Shown here: positions 25,345 to 36,838 of the stretch, in pieces
Layout: each line of letters opens with the position of its first letter
How positions within the stretch are numbered: the stretch's first letter is position 1
Origin: Camelus ferus
Lineage: Eukaryota
Reading direction: 5' to 3'
DNA length: 64,000 nt
Assembly (NCBI RefSeq): GCF_009834535.1
Contig: NC_045697.1
Coordinates: 52,826,001 to 52,890,000, forward strand
Position numbers and translations under genes: made by a program
The notes under the pieces: generated by a model
Told to the model about the DNA's origin: nothing
The model's database searches: none
The model's input: only the letters and a program-made list of their open reading frames with translations

Positions 25345-26118
25345 CTAAACCAGAGTGAGCCAGTTAGTTTCCCTCAGCCCGGGACATTTTTTCAGAATAT
25401 GCATTTTTTAGTTACACAGTATCATCATACTACAGACCACCTGGAAACTGAAGAAACAGATTACATATAGCCCCACCACCTTAATACAACTCTGCTAATC
25501 CTATCATTACCCTTGGAGCTCTTTTAATTTTTACAATAAAATAACATGCGATTTTATTTATAGAAAGAAAATTCAAGTATATAAGCGTAAAAAATTAAAG
25601 AAAAAAAAAGCCCCATTCCTCTTGCCTTACTCTGTCATCAAGAATGGGAAGGAGTAGGCTTCATTTTCTATCCTAATAGATAAATGACAGGGTGACTCAC
25701 ACAGAGTAGCATTTACTGTCTTTCTCATGGGGTTGTCATATACCACTATATTTATATTTCTCTGCTGTTTATGTTTGCTTATTTGTAAGTGATCAAGAAG
25801 TATTTTTTTCTCTCCATTTTATGTCAGGGAAAACTAAGGGAAAGGGAGGTATGGTGAGTCCCCTTAGGTCTCATAAGTATGTTAAAGAGAATCTCAAATG
25901 GGAAGTGAAAACTGTTTACTTAGTAAATTGCTCAAAGGGCTGTGCTACTTCCAGTGAGAATTTCAGGCAAATGCATGTTTGTTTAGGACATCCTCAGAAG
26001 GATGGACACAGAGGCCTGAATGCATTCATCTACCTCCCTTGCTGCCTTGTTTACAGCTAGGCATGGTCTAGCCAACTCTATAATTTATACAAGATGTTTT
26101 AGGATAGGAGACTGTTAC

Positions 26119-26146
26119 CTGTTCATCCACAGGGTGAGACTGCAGC
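26119..26146 (-). CDS. RUFY3: RUFY3 long-isoform 28-nt microexon 16
   Basis: tag|G CTG CAG TCT CAC CCT GTG GAT GAA CAG|gtaac = (R)LQSHPVDEQ; needed to restore the frame. Confidence 0.9.
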
Positions 26147-27080
26147 CTACAATGGGAAATTAAGAACAGTAACTAATAGCAACTTATGTTTCCTTTATCA
26201 TTTCAAAAGCACAGAAAATCAACACCGTGATTCTTTTACATTGTTGGGACCAAAGTAATTATTAATGTCAACATCCAAGGGGAGGAAATCTTAGTTGTTA
26301 AATCTATTACTAGAATGTGACCCTTGACCTATATAATGGTTTCTGTTTAAAAACAGACTGGAGTCATATTTTATGTTTCCTTTTTACTACCAAGAAAATA
26401 GAGATTATGTTTTCCAACCTGCAAAACTCCCACTGGCTGAGGCCATACGTTGTGATAGCTTTTTTTCCCTATCCACTATTATGGAAATCTACCCATTATC
26501 ATATGTCAGGTATTGTCCCTTCTCCCAAGTATTCTTAAAATGTGAACTTTAGCAAATTACTTAGGGAAACGGTGTGAATGAGACTGTCACATGAGTACCC
26601 GTTTGGGTGGAAGTATTTCTTCACGATACCCAGCTGAGCTAGCCCTGATTTTCCCAACTTGGAACAGAACTCAGGAGGAACAGAACAAGAGGAGGAGCAA
26701 GGCCCACTTTCAGTTCTGGGGAAAATGCACCACAGATCTAGCGGTTCCAATTCTCTTTGGCTGAGAGGCAGTGTGACCTCCAGCATGATCGAGTTTTCAG
26801 CTGTTTCTTGGGCCACAATCCCAGGAAACCTGGGTGTATCTTAGGATCGTATTTCTGGCCAGGAGAAGCCCTGAAGTGGCTATTAAGTGGTGCAGAGACA
26901 AAGGACTTGAAAGCAGAAGCCATGATAATAGAGGCAACTTGGACCTCTCTGTGTGCCTCAGTTTTCTCATCTGTGAGGCAGGAATAGATGGTTAAACTTT
27001 TGTAAGGAGAATCGAATTTACAAGGAGACAATGAATGTGACACACTTTTTAAGCTGCAGAGCGCGGAGGTAAGGCAGTGC

Positions 27081-27263
27081 ACTCGTCCCTCTGCATCCTC
27101 AGGTTCTGCATCCAGGGTCGCTCAAGTCCCCAGGTGTGCAACCCACGAATCAGCGAGCCCATTATACTCATTGTGCTCAGCCATTTTATACAAGGGACTT
27201 GAGCATCCATGGATTTCTGCATCTGAGGGGGCTCCTGGAACCCCCGATATTGAGGGAGGACTG
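27081..27263. mobile_element. MER2/MER46-like Tigger MITE
   Basis: gggacttgagcatccatggattt...gagggaggactgta; reverse orientation relative to the 8715 copy. Confidence 0.6.
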
Positions 27264-27769
27264 TACTGTCTTGTATTTTCAGGGCCTAAAATCAGAACAT
27301 GGCATGTAAGACCCTCCTAAATGTAAGTGACTTGACTTTAGTCTAGAGCGAGGCTCCCTGAAGGGCCCCCTTGAACCTTGGTTAATTTTACAGTCTAGTT
27401 CCTTCCCATGGCCTGTGCTAATCTGTAGTGTTAGACGGCCTGTAGTTTAAGGCTGGTCTTGAATCAGACTACGCTCTCTTTGGGAGGAAACTTAAAGGTT
27501 TTGGCATCGTTCTGGCCTTGGAGGCAAGGAAGGGCTGTGTAACATAAGCACCTGCACACTCAGCCTCTGTTGGACTGAGTGATTTATCTTCTGCAGCCTC
27601 TGGTTTTACTCCAGATGACACATTATCTCATCCTTAGGGCATCCAAGGCTGTTCAGGTACAGCAGCCAAAAATGTATGCTGTACAGGTCTCTCAAAACCC
27701 CTCTGTGGTATCTTTCCTTGATAATCATTTGATGATCATCTTTTTGGGGGGGTTGTTGTTATTATAATA

Positions 27770-28150
27770 GACTTTAATTTTTAGAGCAGTTTTAGGTTCA
27801 CAGCAAAGTTGAGCAGAAAGAACACAGATTTCTCATATATTCTCTTGGATCTCCCACCCACCCCCTATGTCAACATTCCACACCACAGTGGTACCCAATG
27901 TTACAATCATTGAACCTAAACTGACATATCATAAGTCATAGTCTATCTTAGGGTTCACCCTTGGTGCTGTACATTCTATGGGTTTGGATAAATGCATAAT
28001 GACATGTATCTGTCAGTATAGTGTCATACAGAGTATCTTCACTGTCCTAAAAAATCCTCTGTGCTCCACCTATCCATCCATTCATATCACCTAACCCCTG
28101 GCAACCACTGTCTCAATGGCTTTGCCTTTTCCAGAATGTCATATAGTTGG
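27770..28150 (-). mobile_element. L1MA-like 3' end
   Basis: ttttagagcagttttaggttcacagcaaagttgagcaga... antisense L1 3' end. Confidence 0.75.
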
Positions 28151-28597
28151 ACCACCTTCATTTTTAATGCAGTGGCATTATGTAATATTTTGTTATATTT
28201 CTACCTGCTAAAACAATTGTTAAAAGTCAACTTCCGTGAAATGACCCCCATGCTCTTCATAGTAAGCAAATGAGATGAAGAGTTCAGAAAAAGGAATAAA
28301 GATAAACTGTTTGAAACCCTTAAAGGAAAAAAAAAATAAGGGAAATTAGAGGCTTTATTTGAAACATAGCTTCCTTTCACTTAGCACTTTGCACATAGGT
28401 GGAAACATGCTCAGGTGCACTTAAGAACCTAAGAAATTCTATGACTTGTGCTTTATTCACTTGTGCTGCTGACCCTGTAAAGATCAGCTTAGAAATAATC
28501 TTTAAGTGACAGCGGATTAACCAGGGAAGTCAGGACAGCCTGATCACCTTCCTTCTAAAATGGACTAAATGGGTTTGGTTTAATTTGTGTTATCTAG

Positions 28598-28700
28598 AAT
28601 GTGAAAATGAATATATATATACTCATATATGACTGAAAAATTGTGCTCTGCACCAGAAATTGACACAATATTGTAAACTGACTATAACTCAATAAAAAAA
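28598..28700 (+). mobile_element. Young 5'-truncated lineage L1 3' end with TSD
   Basis: ...gtaaactgactataactcaataaaaaaaa; 16-bp TSD aatttgtKttatctag at 28582-28597 and 28700-28715. Confidence 0.8.
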
Positions 28701-28877
28701 ATTTGTTTTATCTAGTTTTTTATTTGTTCACTTCCCCCTTCAAAATGTCTTTCTGGAATATTAATACTGCAGATCACTGTATGGTCTGTGTCACTGCTAA
28801 AGCACATCAGAAGCTCCCTTCCCTACTACCCCAACATAACTTTGTATCTTAGTTAATAATGCTTTTTTACCAAATAC

Positions 28878-28942
28878 CTGTGGCTTTCTTCTAGGGGCTT
28901 TTTTAGTTTACCATTTTCCTCTTGAATTTTGTGCTTCCCATC
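28878..28942 (-). CDS. RUFY3: RUFY3 long-isoform exon 15
   Basis: DGKHKIQEENGKLKKPLEESH(R); 65 nt. Confidence 0.92.
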
Positions 28943-30585
28943 CTGCCAAAAGAAAACAGTCCCAATTTATTAATTATTCAGAATGCTAAACAATGACGCT
29001 GCTACAGACATTTTCTTCTGTGTTGTCTTAGCTTAGGTATAAAGCTAAGTAGCTTTTTTTTTTTTTTTAAATTAGGGAAGGAATTTAACTTTCAAGATAT
29101 TTTCCTTCATTCTTTGTTCTAAGTAGTTTCTTAATACATTCTCAGAGTTTACAACAAATGATTTTCAGAGTAGATATTTTCTTTAATTATTGAGATTCAA
29201 ATGAAATTCAGAATGTATCCTATTTACTTACAAAGTGGGCTCAAGGTATCAGTTACTTCTTAAGAGAAAAAATAAACACCCACCCCTCCCCCCAGCTGAG
29301 CTCTGGACAACTGGTGACACCAGGCATGGCTGTATCCAGCAGACTGTGTCACCCTCTAGACACGCAGCCAAGTAGTTGCCTTGACAACTTCTACAGCGTA
29401 TACAACTCAAGGGGTTTTCTACTCTGAATGACCAATGTAAAGTTCCAGACAATGTTCTTAAGCCCTGCCTGGGCCATTTCTAGGGACAAAGTCTTTCTGT
29501 GGCACACACACTGCTGTCTGCTCTGAACTGCTTGCCCATCAGCCTCCAAAAGCAGGACGCATGTTCTTAGACCACTCCTGGAAACCCTTGCATTGCAGGC
29601 AGATTCAAGATTGAGAAATCTAAGGCGTCATTGGAAAAACAGGGTAAGATAGGCCAAGATTTTAAGTAAATCTCTGCAAGCCCTTTGAAGCAGATTTTAT
29701 GTTTGCTAAACTAATAAAGACAGCCTGCCACAGAGAGAATGGTACTTTGCACACGTTAAATCAGTGGTAATGAGTACTATGTAATATGTTTCCATTTACC
29801 ACTTTTCTATCCTCCAGCAAATTAGCAGCTCACTCTCTAGAAATTTTAAGTAAGAAGTTTATAAATTTGTCCTGCTTTGTTATATATAATATTTACAAAA
29901 AAGGTAATTTTTCCCCTTGTGGTTTGTCTTTGACAGAAAAAGTATTTCATGCTTTCCTGATTTATTATTTCAAGAGGCTGGCTTCTGTTTCCTGGGTCCC
30001 AGAGACGACCTTAAACCAATTTTAGCTACTTCACCACTACAGTCTCTCTCCTGAGACTGTTCCTGCTGTTTAAACCACTCTACATTACTTTCTCTTCCCC
30101 AAGCCTAGCTCCCTCTTTTTCTAATTTTCCCAAGAGAAGTACCCTGAGTATGCTAAAACTGAAAACTTCATAATTTGAAAAAGTTGCACAGAAGCAAACC
30201 CACATTTAAGACAATTCTGTTAAAGGGGGATTCAGGGTTGGGGAGGGGTTACTATAACATATTACTAAAAATATTAGCCAGCAGAAGTCCAAGAAACAGT
30301 TATTTTTGTTAAAATACCAAAATGACCTTACTCAACAAATTGAAAGGAATAAGAGGGTAACTGGAAATCATGGTTATTGATCCCGTTTTCCAAATGAAAT
30401 CAAGTTAGAGGGTGTCCCGGGGGCACTCAGAATCGAGCGTCTATGTGTCCACTCCAGCTCTTGCCGGCCGTCTACATACTCGAGGCCTTAGCTATTAAGC
30501 ACTTGTTCCAGGCGAGAAAACGGTCCAGCCCATCAAGGTAGCCTCTAAAACTTAAGTAAATGAACAAGGGAATAACAAATATTAC

Positions 30586-30685
30586 CATTTTGGGTTCTTG
30601 CTTCTGGGAACCCTTCCCTGGGCTGCTCCTGTGGTTTTGTAACCTTCTTTCTCTTTCCTGTTTTAGTTCTAACTCAAGCTGGTTC
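30586..30685 (-). CDS. RUFY3: RUFY3 long-isoform exon 14
   Basis: NQLELELKQERERRLQNHRSSPGKGSQKQEPKM; 100 nt. Confidence 0.93.
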
Positions 30686-30886
30686 CTGGGATAGGTAGGA
30701 GAGGAAAAGGGTGAAAACTTTGATTTCTGTACTCATATTTTCTAAAGAATGACAGACCCTTTTCTTAGAGTTCAGTAATTAAATTTTAATACTTGATTAA
30801 TAAAAAGTTACCAGATATAGATGGACAACCAGGTTTTAAAGTACTAAAATATAATACAATGAAACCAATAGCTCTAAAATACATTC

Positions 30887-31035
30887 CGGGGGGAGTAGGG
30901 GGAAGGTATAGCTCAGGGGCAGAGTGCGTGCTTAGCATGCACAAGGTCCTGGGTTCAATCCCCAGTACCTCCATTTAAAAAAGAAAGAAATAAACAAAAC
31001 TACCCACCCCCGACCTAAAAAAAAAACAAAACCCA
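30887..31035 (+). mobile_element. tRNA-derived SINE (camelid Vic-1-like)
   Basis: A box tagctcaggggc, B box ggttcaatccc, A-rich tail, flanking aaaa(t)acattc repeat. Confidence 0.85.
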
Positions 31036-31926
31036 AAACATTCAACATGTTTAATCCTCCTTGGATGATTAAGAATGTACTTCGGAATCTCCCAGTGCCT
31101 GAGGGGTCACCACTTTGAGTATCAACATTTAATATTAAATCTTAATGAAGAGTGTGGTCAACTGAATGACAATTAGTAGGACTTACTATACTGAAAGATA
31201 GTATTTACTAATGTTTAGCAAGATACAGTATGAAAGTGTTGACACCACAGTCCCATTACATATTAATTAGCTGGTCTCTCTTTACAGTTATGTAGTCAAT
31301 CCCCAGCAATACTCTCCACCACTAGCGTCCTTAGTAGCCATGTGCTTTTATATCCAACAACACAGTCTGATTTGTTTGAAGTCAGTGCTTTAGGTACAGA
31401 AGCGAGTCTCATCTGAGAGAGAGTATAGAAAAGTGGTTAAGGGCTTGGAGTCAAAGTGAAATAGGCTTTTAATTTTGGGTGTTACCACTTACTAGCTTAA
31501 CTGTGAATTTGGACAATTTCAGCCCTCAAAGCTTTAATTTAAATGAGGGCAACAGGATCACCTACAAATAGGTGACAGGGAGATGTTAGGAGAGAATGCA
31601 CATGAAATGCTTAGTAAAGTCTTTGGCACATGGTAAGACTTCAGGAACTCCCAACTGTGATTATTAGTGTTGTGTCGGCTATTAATTCTCTTACTCCTCA
31701 TTTATCTGGGATCTTGGGTTCTAATTTCCTAATTCTTTGATGGTAAAGGATGTTGACAAGATTTGGGGAATGCTGATGTATCTGAAGCTTTCTGAATTCT
31801 AATTCTGGACAAAGGGCATGGGAGAGACAGAACGCACATAGCTGGCTCAGGAGACCCCCTTCTGATGCTGTCAGGCCTTAGCACTTCCCGCAACCACCCA
31901 GCCCGCTACAGCCGCCCTCTCTTCAC

Positions 31927-32046
31927 CGCTGCCTGGTGAGCTCCTCCACTTCCAGCTGCAGACTGTTGATCTTGTCTCCGAAGTCCTGCTTGAAGAGCCG
32001 GTTGTCCAACTCAGCAGACTGGCGGCCTCGCTCAGCCTGGCGCAAT
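31927..32046 (-). CDS. RUFY3: RUFY3 long-isoform exon 13
   Basis: (R)LRQAERGRQSAELDNRLFKQDFGDKINSLQLEVEELTRQR; 120 nt. Confidence 0.94.
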
Positions 32047-32305
32047 CTGGATGTGAGCCATAGGAACTTGTGATAAAAAACAAAAGCCATGGTGGGGAGG
32101 AAGACCAAGTTCACAACACAAAATAAAATAACCCAAGGAAGAAGGCAGGGAGAGACAGAAAGAGGGAAAAAAAAAAAAAAAAAAACAACTTTGCAGGACA
32201 CAGGAAGAAATTATAGGGGAAAAAAGATGACGAAGAAACAAATTTGTCCAAAAAAAGCAAGATGCAGGTGAACCAGGCAGAGGAAAAGTTGATTTTCCAC
32301 TTTTT

Positions 32306-32311
32306 TTTATT
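32306..32311 (-). terminator. RUFY3: Candidate polyA signal of the RUFY3 short isoform
   Basis: AATAAA on the - strand followed by a long U/pyrimidine-rich tract. Other AATAAA sites at ~32435 and 32605. Confidence 0.5.
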
Positions 32312-34490
32312 CTAGTACTACAGTTTACAGCCATTAGATGATAAACAATAAAACATCACTTTTTAGAAAATCCATATCCAAAGCCAACCTCAAGTACACA
32401 GTAATTAAAGTCAAATCTACTTTTTTGTTTGTTTTTATTTCCTAATAGGCTTGGTACTTTATATTTCTATTTTACACTCATAACTGGAACTTGCAAATGG
32501 GCAACTACCTTCTTATAGGTGGAATTAAAACATTTTTAACATTTTCCTGGTCCCTTCCCTAAATCACACATTAATATTAAATCATCAGACATTATACATC
32601 AACCTTTATTCAGGCTTCGAATTTTTACATAAAGAAAAGCCTCTGTCAGAGTTTGGCCATCTCTTTCCTTTTCCATTTCTACCGAGTGGTGTGTGACAAA
32701 CAATTCAGCACTGGGCCTGCCTAAGCTTCCTGCCCAGATTCTCTGGAAGATTCTGATGAATGTTTTCTCCTACATATCCTATTAACTTTGCACCTATAAA
32801 GAAGCATGTTCGAAGGTGAAGTATCTGGGGCTGCATATGATAGAATTTGGAAGCATGCTATGTGTACTCATTAAAATACTTTATTTTGGTGTTTGAGTAC
32901 AACCTCCAAATGCTTATAGAAGAGGCAACTCATCACCATAAAAGGTTGATGAAGTAAGAATAGGTGCAAAATTATAAGGGCTAACTAAGTTTAAAAGCAC
33001 AGGATCTTCCATGAGGTTGGTCAGATGCTCTTTGACTTGACTTTGCAAAGTCAAGTCTGCAAGGACCTGGAAAAACACACATAAAATCTATCTTACTCTC
33101 TTAATTCTGGTTTTTCCAAGAAGACAGTAAAGAATTTCAAAAGCTGGAAGCAAAGGGGCTATCTTTGACCCCATCTAAGCAGCTGAAATGCTGCAAATCC
33201 TATCAGAATGAGAAAAAAGAAAAAAATTTTGCCAAGATTTTTTGAAGGAATATAGGCTTATGTAAAGCCTGTCCCCCCTAAATCAAAAGTCATTAAAAAA
33301 AAATCGAAGTATTTATAGGATTATTACAATGTAAAGCCTGGAAACGGTTAGATCTGTGGTCACTTAGGAATAAAAGTCCCACTAATTACTGTCTACGGAC
33401 ACCCACTGGGAATCTTTATTTTTAGACTAAATAATAATAATAATAATGAATATAAGTTTGTCAATTTCCTACTCTGAAATGGTTTTCTAATAATTAGACT
33501 GTTATTTTCCTAGAAACTTAAGCAAATCTCCAAATGAACAAAAAGTAACAGAAACTCTTAAATAAATGTAGCTGGCAAGAAACGAGAGGCAGGAAGCCAT
33601 CATTCATGTCTATGCCTTGTTGTCTTTACTCCAAAAGGAAAAGCAGGATAGATTTGAAAAATGTGTAGCTTTTTTTTTTTTAATAGGAGAGGAGTGTTTT
33701 TAATTAGAATTGTTCTCTCTGAGCTACCTCAACAGGAAGTGGAATTGCAGGAAGATGGCAGAGGTAGAAGATGACAAACATCAGAGGGTTTTCCCAAGCT
33801 TCCACATTATTGTGTTATCATAAGTTACCTAACCACTAACTTTATCCCTATGACTTTAAAGAAATGTAAGGACGCTGTTTCCCCCTCCCCAAAGTCACTA
33901 AGGCAAAAAAGTTGCAAGCAATCTTGGCTACTGAGAATAGAACTGTAGTGAAATACTAAGTACTTGTCCTTGGCTTGGGGATTAAACCTAGGTAACGAAA
34001 GTGAAAAGGGGTCACGGCCTAAGAGACACAGAGCTACTTCAGAGCCCGAGACCAACAGTAGTCACCTCTCATCACATCGCAATGGCAGAACAGGCTCACG
34101 GACACAGACATCACACCTAAAAACTGGTATTGTCGGGGACTGGGTTGTAAAAGCATCGATCATATATGTACAGAGCTTCAATTCCCTAGGATTTTTTTAA
34201 TGGTGTGTTTATTTTATTGGGCAACTCAGAAGTAATTTCTCAAAGTTCATTTGGCATTTAATGAAGAATTTATGCTAAATTTTCTAACTCTGGGGAGAAA
34301 ATGAAGAAGGAAAAATAAAAACACAGCCTATATGTCAAACTTTTTTTGTTTTTTAAGTCCAGTAAATTCAAAGTCAATTTTTGGTGCCATTTTATATAGA
34401 ATCAGAGCATAAATGCAATAACTTTCTGATTTCTTCCCTTTACGATTAAGTTGTGACATCCAACTTGCGAGGTGACCAGCTGCAAAATGC

Positions 34491-34563
34491 CTAATGATGT
34501 TTTGGGATCAGTTTGTTTGCTGCACTATTTAAGGTCTTTGCCTGTTTCACCAAATCCTTTTCA
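34491..34563 (-). CDS. RUFY3: RUFY3 short-isoform terminal exon, coding part (no FYVE)
   Basis: tag|(S)EKDLVKQAKTLNSAANKLIPKHH*; 73 nt; matches the known short (Singar1-type) C-terminus. Confidence 0.94.
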
Positions 34564-35439
34564 CTATATTAATAAAATAAAAAATAAAAATGAAGTGAAA
34601 GGGGAATGAGAAAATGAATAAGTAGGAAAGACAAAAATAGCAAGAGAATAAGTCAGCTTAATCCTTGAAGAGATAAGTCATTACTTTAGGTCTGTTTGTT
34701 TTAAATGCCAAGACAAAAATCCATTGAAAAATAATCTGACATTTCAAAAACATAATTTATGGACAGTAAAGTTGATTTTTTAAATCATAAACGTGTAACT
34801 GCTATGAGCAACCACTTAGATAGCTTCCTACTTTTTTTAAACTTTTAAAAAAGCTTATTTAAAATTCATCTAAAATCAGCCAAACAAGAAGTTTCAACCT
34901 TATTCACTAATTTGCAATTAACTTTTGAGTTAACGATAATATGGGGTGCTGTTCAGGACCCCCCTGGTAAAGTACCATCTGAATAAAAGAAGCCATCCAC
35001 TCGTCCATTCATTCACACTTCTACTAAATGATTGCCCTGGACATTCAAGGTACTGTGACAGATTCAGTGAGGGAACTTAAAGGATTAGTTAACTAACCTC
35101 AAGGAACTCACACTCTCATCAGATCAGTTACACATATTAAGGCTTTATGAGGTGAGGCCGAAAGTGAGAAGTGCTATGAACATACGGACAGGTATAGCCA
35201 TGAGACTATGGGAATTCCAGCAAGGACAGACTGGCAGTTTATTTTTAGCCGGGAAGAAGTATCAGAGGAAGCTCTGGGTAGGTGGCATTTGAGCATGAAC
35301 ATAAAAAATGTATCTGGAGAACATGGGAGTGGGAAGAGGAAGGGCATTTCTAATTGGTTAAACTATTAGGAAAGATATGTCCAGGGGCCAGTAAGTAGTT
35401 TAGCTTTGCTCAAGAGCAAGAAGGGTGAGCAGTGGGCGT

Positions 35440-35800
35440 TACAGGCGGCAGCACAGGCTGACAACACTTAATGACCGTGGCTCATTCAGTCTCGAAGTTT
35501 CAGCTGAGCCACCAGGAAGAGAAGAGAGTAGCACGGGGAGAGGATGTACTCTGGGCAGACTGAGTTGTGGGTACTGGTGGGAACAGCTGATCAGAGGGTG
35601 AAAATGCAAGACTGGGCTCCAGATGGAGGACAGAGCTGGAGACTGACAGATCTGAGAGTTGTGGGTGGGAGGCGACAGTGGGAGCCTTGGAACTAACTGT
35701 TCAGGAGAAAGCAGAGAAAAAAAGGAGATGAGAGAGGAGGGGAAAGGGGTTACCGTGATCAGAAGGGCCTTCAGCACCCCTCCACTGCCCAGCCCCAAAG
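35440..35800. mobile_element. L2 fragment
   Basis: Purine-rich degenerate L2-like sequence (ggagactgacagatctgagagtt...). Confidence 0.45.
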
Positions 35801-36077
35801 CCTTCAAAGACTTGAGTGATGAGCAATAAAATAACACAGTCACAAACAGATTTAAAAGTCCTTTCATCCTTATAAGTACCCCCCCTCTAACACATGACAC
35901 TGAAATGTTTTTAGTGATATCTTAAAAAACATACAGTTTAATTGGCTTTCTTTCTACCAGCATGACTGATGTTAAGCGGGTAGAATTCCATATACTGTTT
36001 GCCAAACACACGTCACACTCTCGTCACTTCCAGTACGCAATGTCTGAAGTGTTTCACTAAAGAAACAGCACTGTTAC

Positions 36078-36175
36078 CTTTGTTCCAGTTGTTTAATGGT
36101 AGCAGCCATCTGATTAGTCTTCTCTTCCAAGCGACTGTTTAGTTCACTTTTCTGTTTTACTCCTAAGTCTGAACT
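36078..36175 (-). CDS. RUFY3: RUFY3 exon 12 (last shared exon)
   Basis: SSDLGVKQKSELNSRLEEKTNQMAATIKQLEQ; ends in phase 2 (AG|gtaac); 98 nt. Confidence 0.96.
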
Positions 36176-36670
36176 CTGTTAGGGAGAAGAGTTAGGAGTG
36201 ATGTATATATAACACAAAATACTGAAACAAATCACACATGCCTTTGCAACCTAACGGTAAGTGGGGAACAGAGAAATGGAAATGCCCATATATTTGTATA
36301 TGGGTTAATTCTCAAATGGAGGAAAAAATAAGAAGAAACATTTAAAATTAGTATTGTGATGTGCAGTTTTGTCTCAAAAATCAACATCAGAAAGTTCATT
36401 AATTTACCTGTATAACTCAGTTGGCAGGTTAGGCTGGAGAGCAGAAATTATCCTACAGGATGAAAAAGAGCCCCTTGCCCCATTACAATGTGAAAAGTGA
36501 CCGTGGCTTTCCAGAACAGCAGTCCAGGACCCTACGATGGTCTGATTCCTGGAGTGGTTTACGTGACTCTTTCCTCTTGTATGTCAAGTGTGCTTCTAGA
36601 GAACAAGAGGGCAGAGGGAAGCCCCGGGACTTCAGAGAGTCAGTGAGCCTGTTCCTCACAGTTCTCTTAC

Positions 36671-36838
36671 CTGCAGCTTAAAGGCAAGTTCATGTTTAAG
36701 GGCCCTGAGGTCATCCAGCTGCTGCCGCAGAGACACCAGGGCATCCTGCTTCTCGCAGACATCCTTCTCCAGCATCTTCATAGCCAGTTCCATCTCCTGC
36801 CTCATGCTGATCTGGATCTCCAGTTCTTTTTCAACATC
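36671..36838 (-). CDS. RUFY3: RUFY3 exon 11
   Basis: DVEKELEIQISMRQEMELAMKMLEKDVCEKQDALVSLRQQLDDLRALKHELAFKLQ; 168 nt. Confidence 0.96.

Noticed and set aside
30900..30975. tRNA-like sequence (also at 39150, 46460 and 57120)
   Set aside because: SINE heads with A/B boxes, tails and TSDs, with no proper cloverleaf.
35439..35900. 153-aa ORF on the - strand
   Set aside because: Overlaps degenerate L2-like sequence; S/L/P-biased with no recognisable domain.
36074..36078. Stop codons on reading through RUFY3 donors (AG|GTAA here; CG|GTGA at 31927)
   Set aside because: An automatic result of the GTRA consensus at phase-2 donors; not evidence of truncated isoforms.
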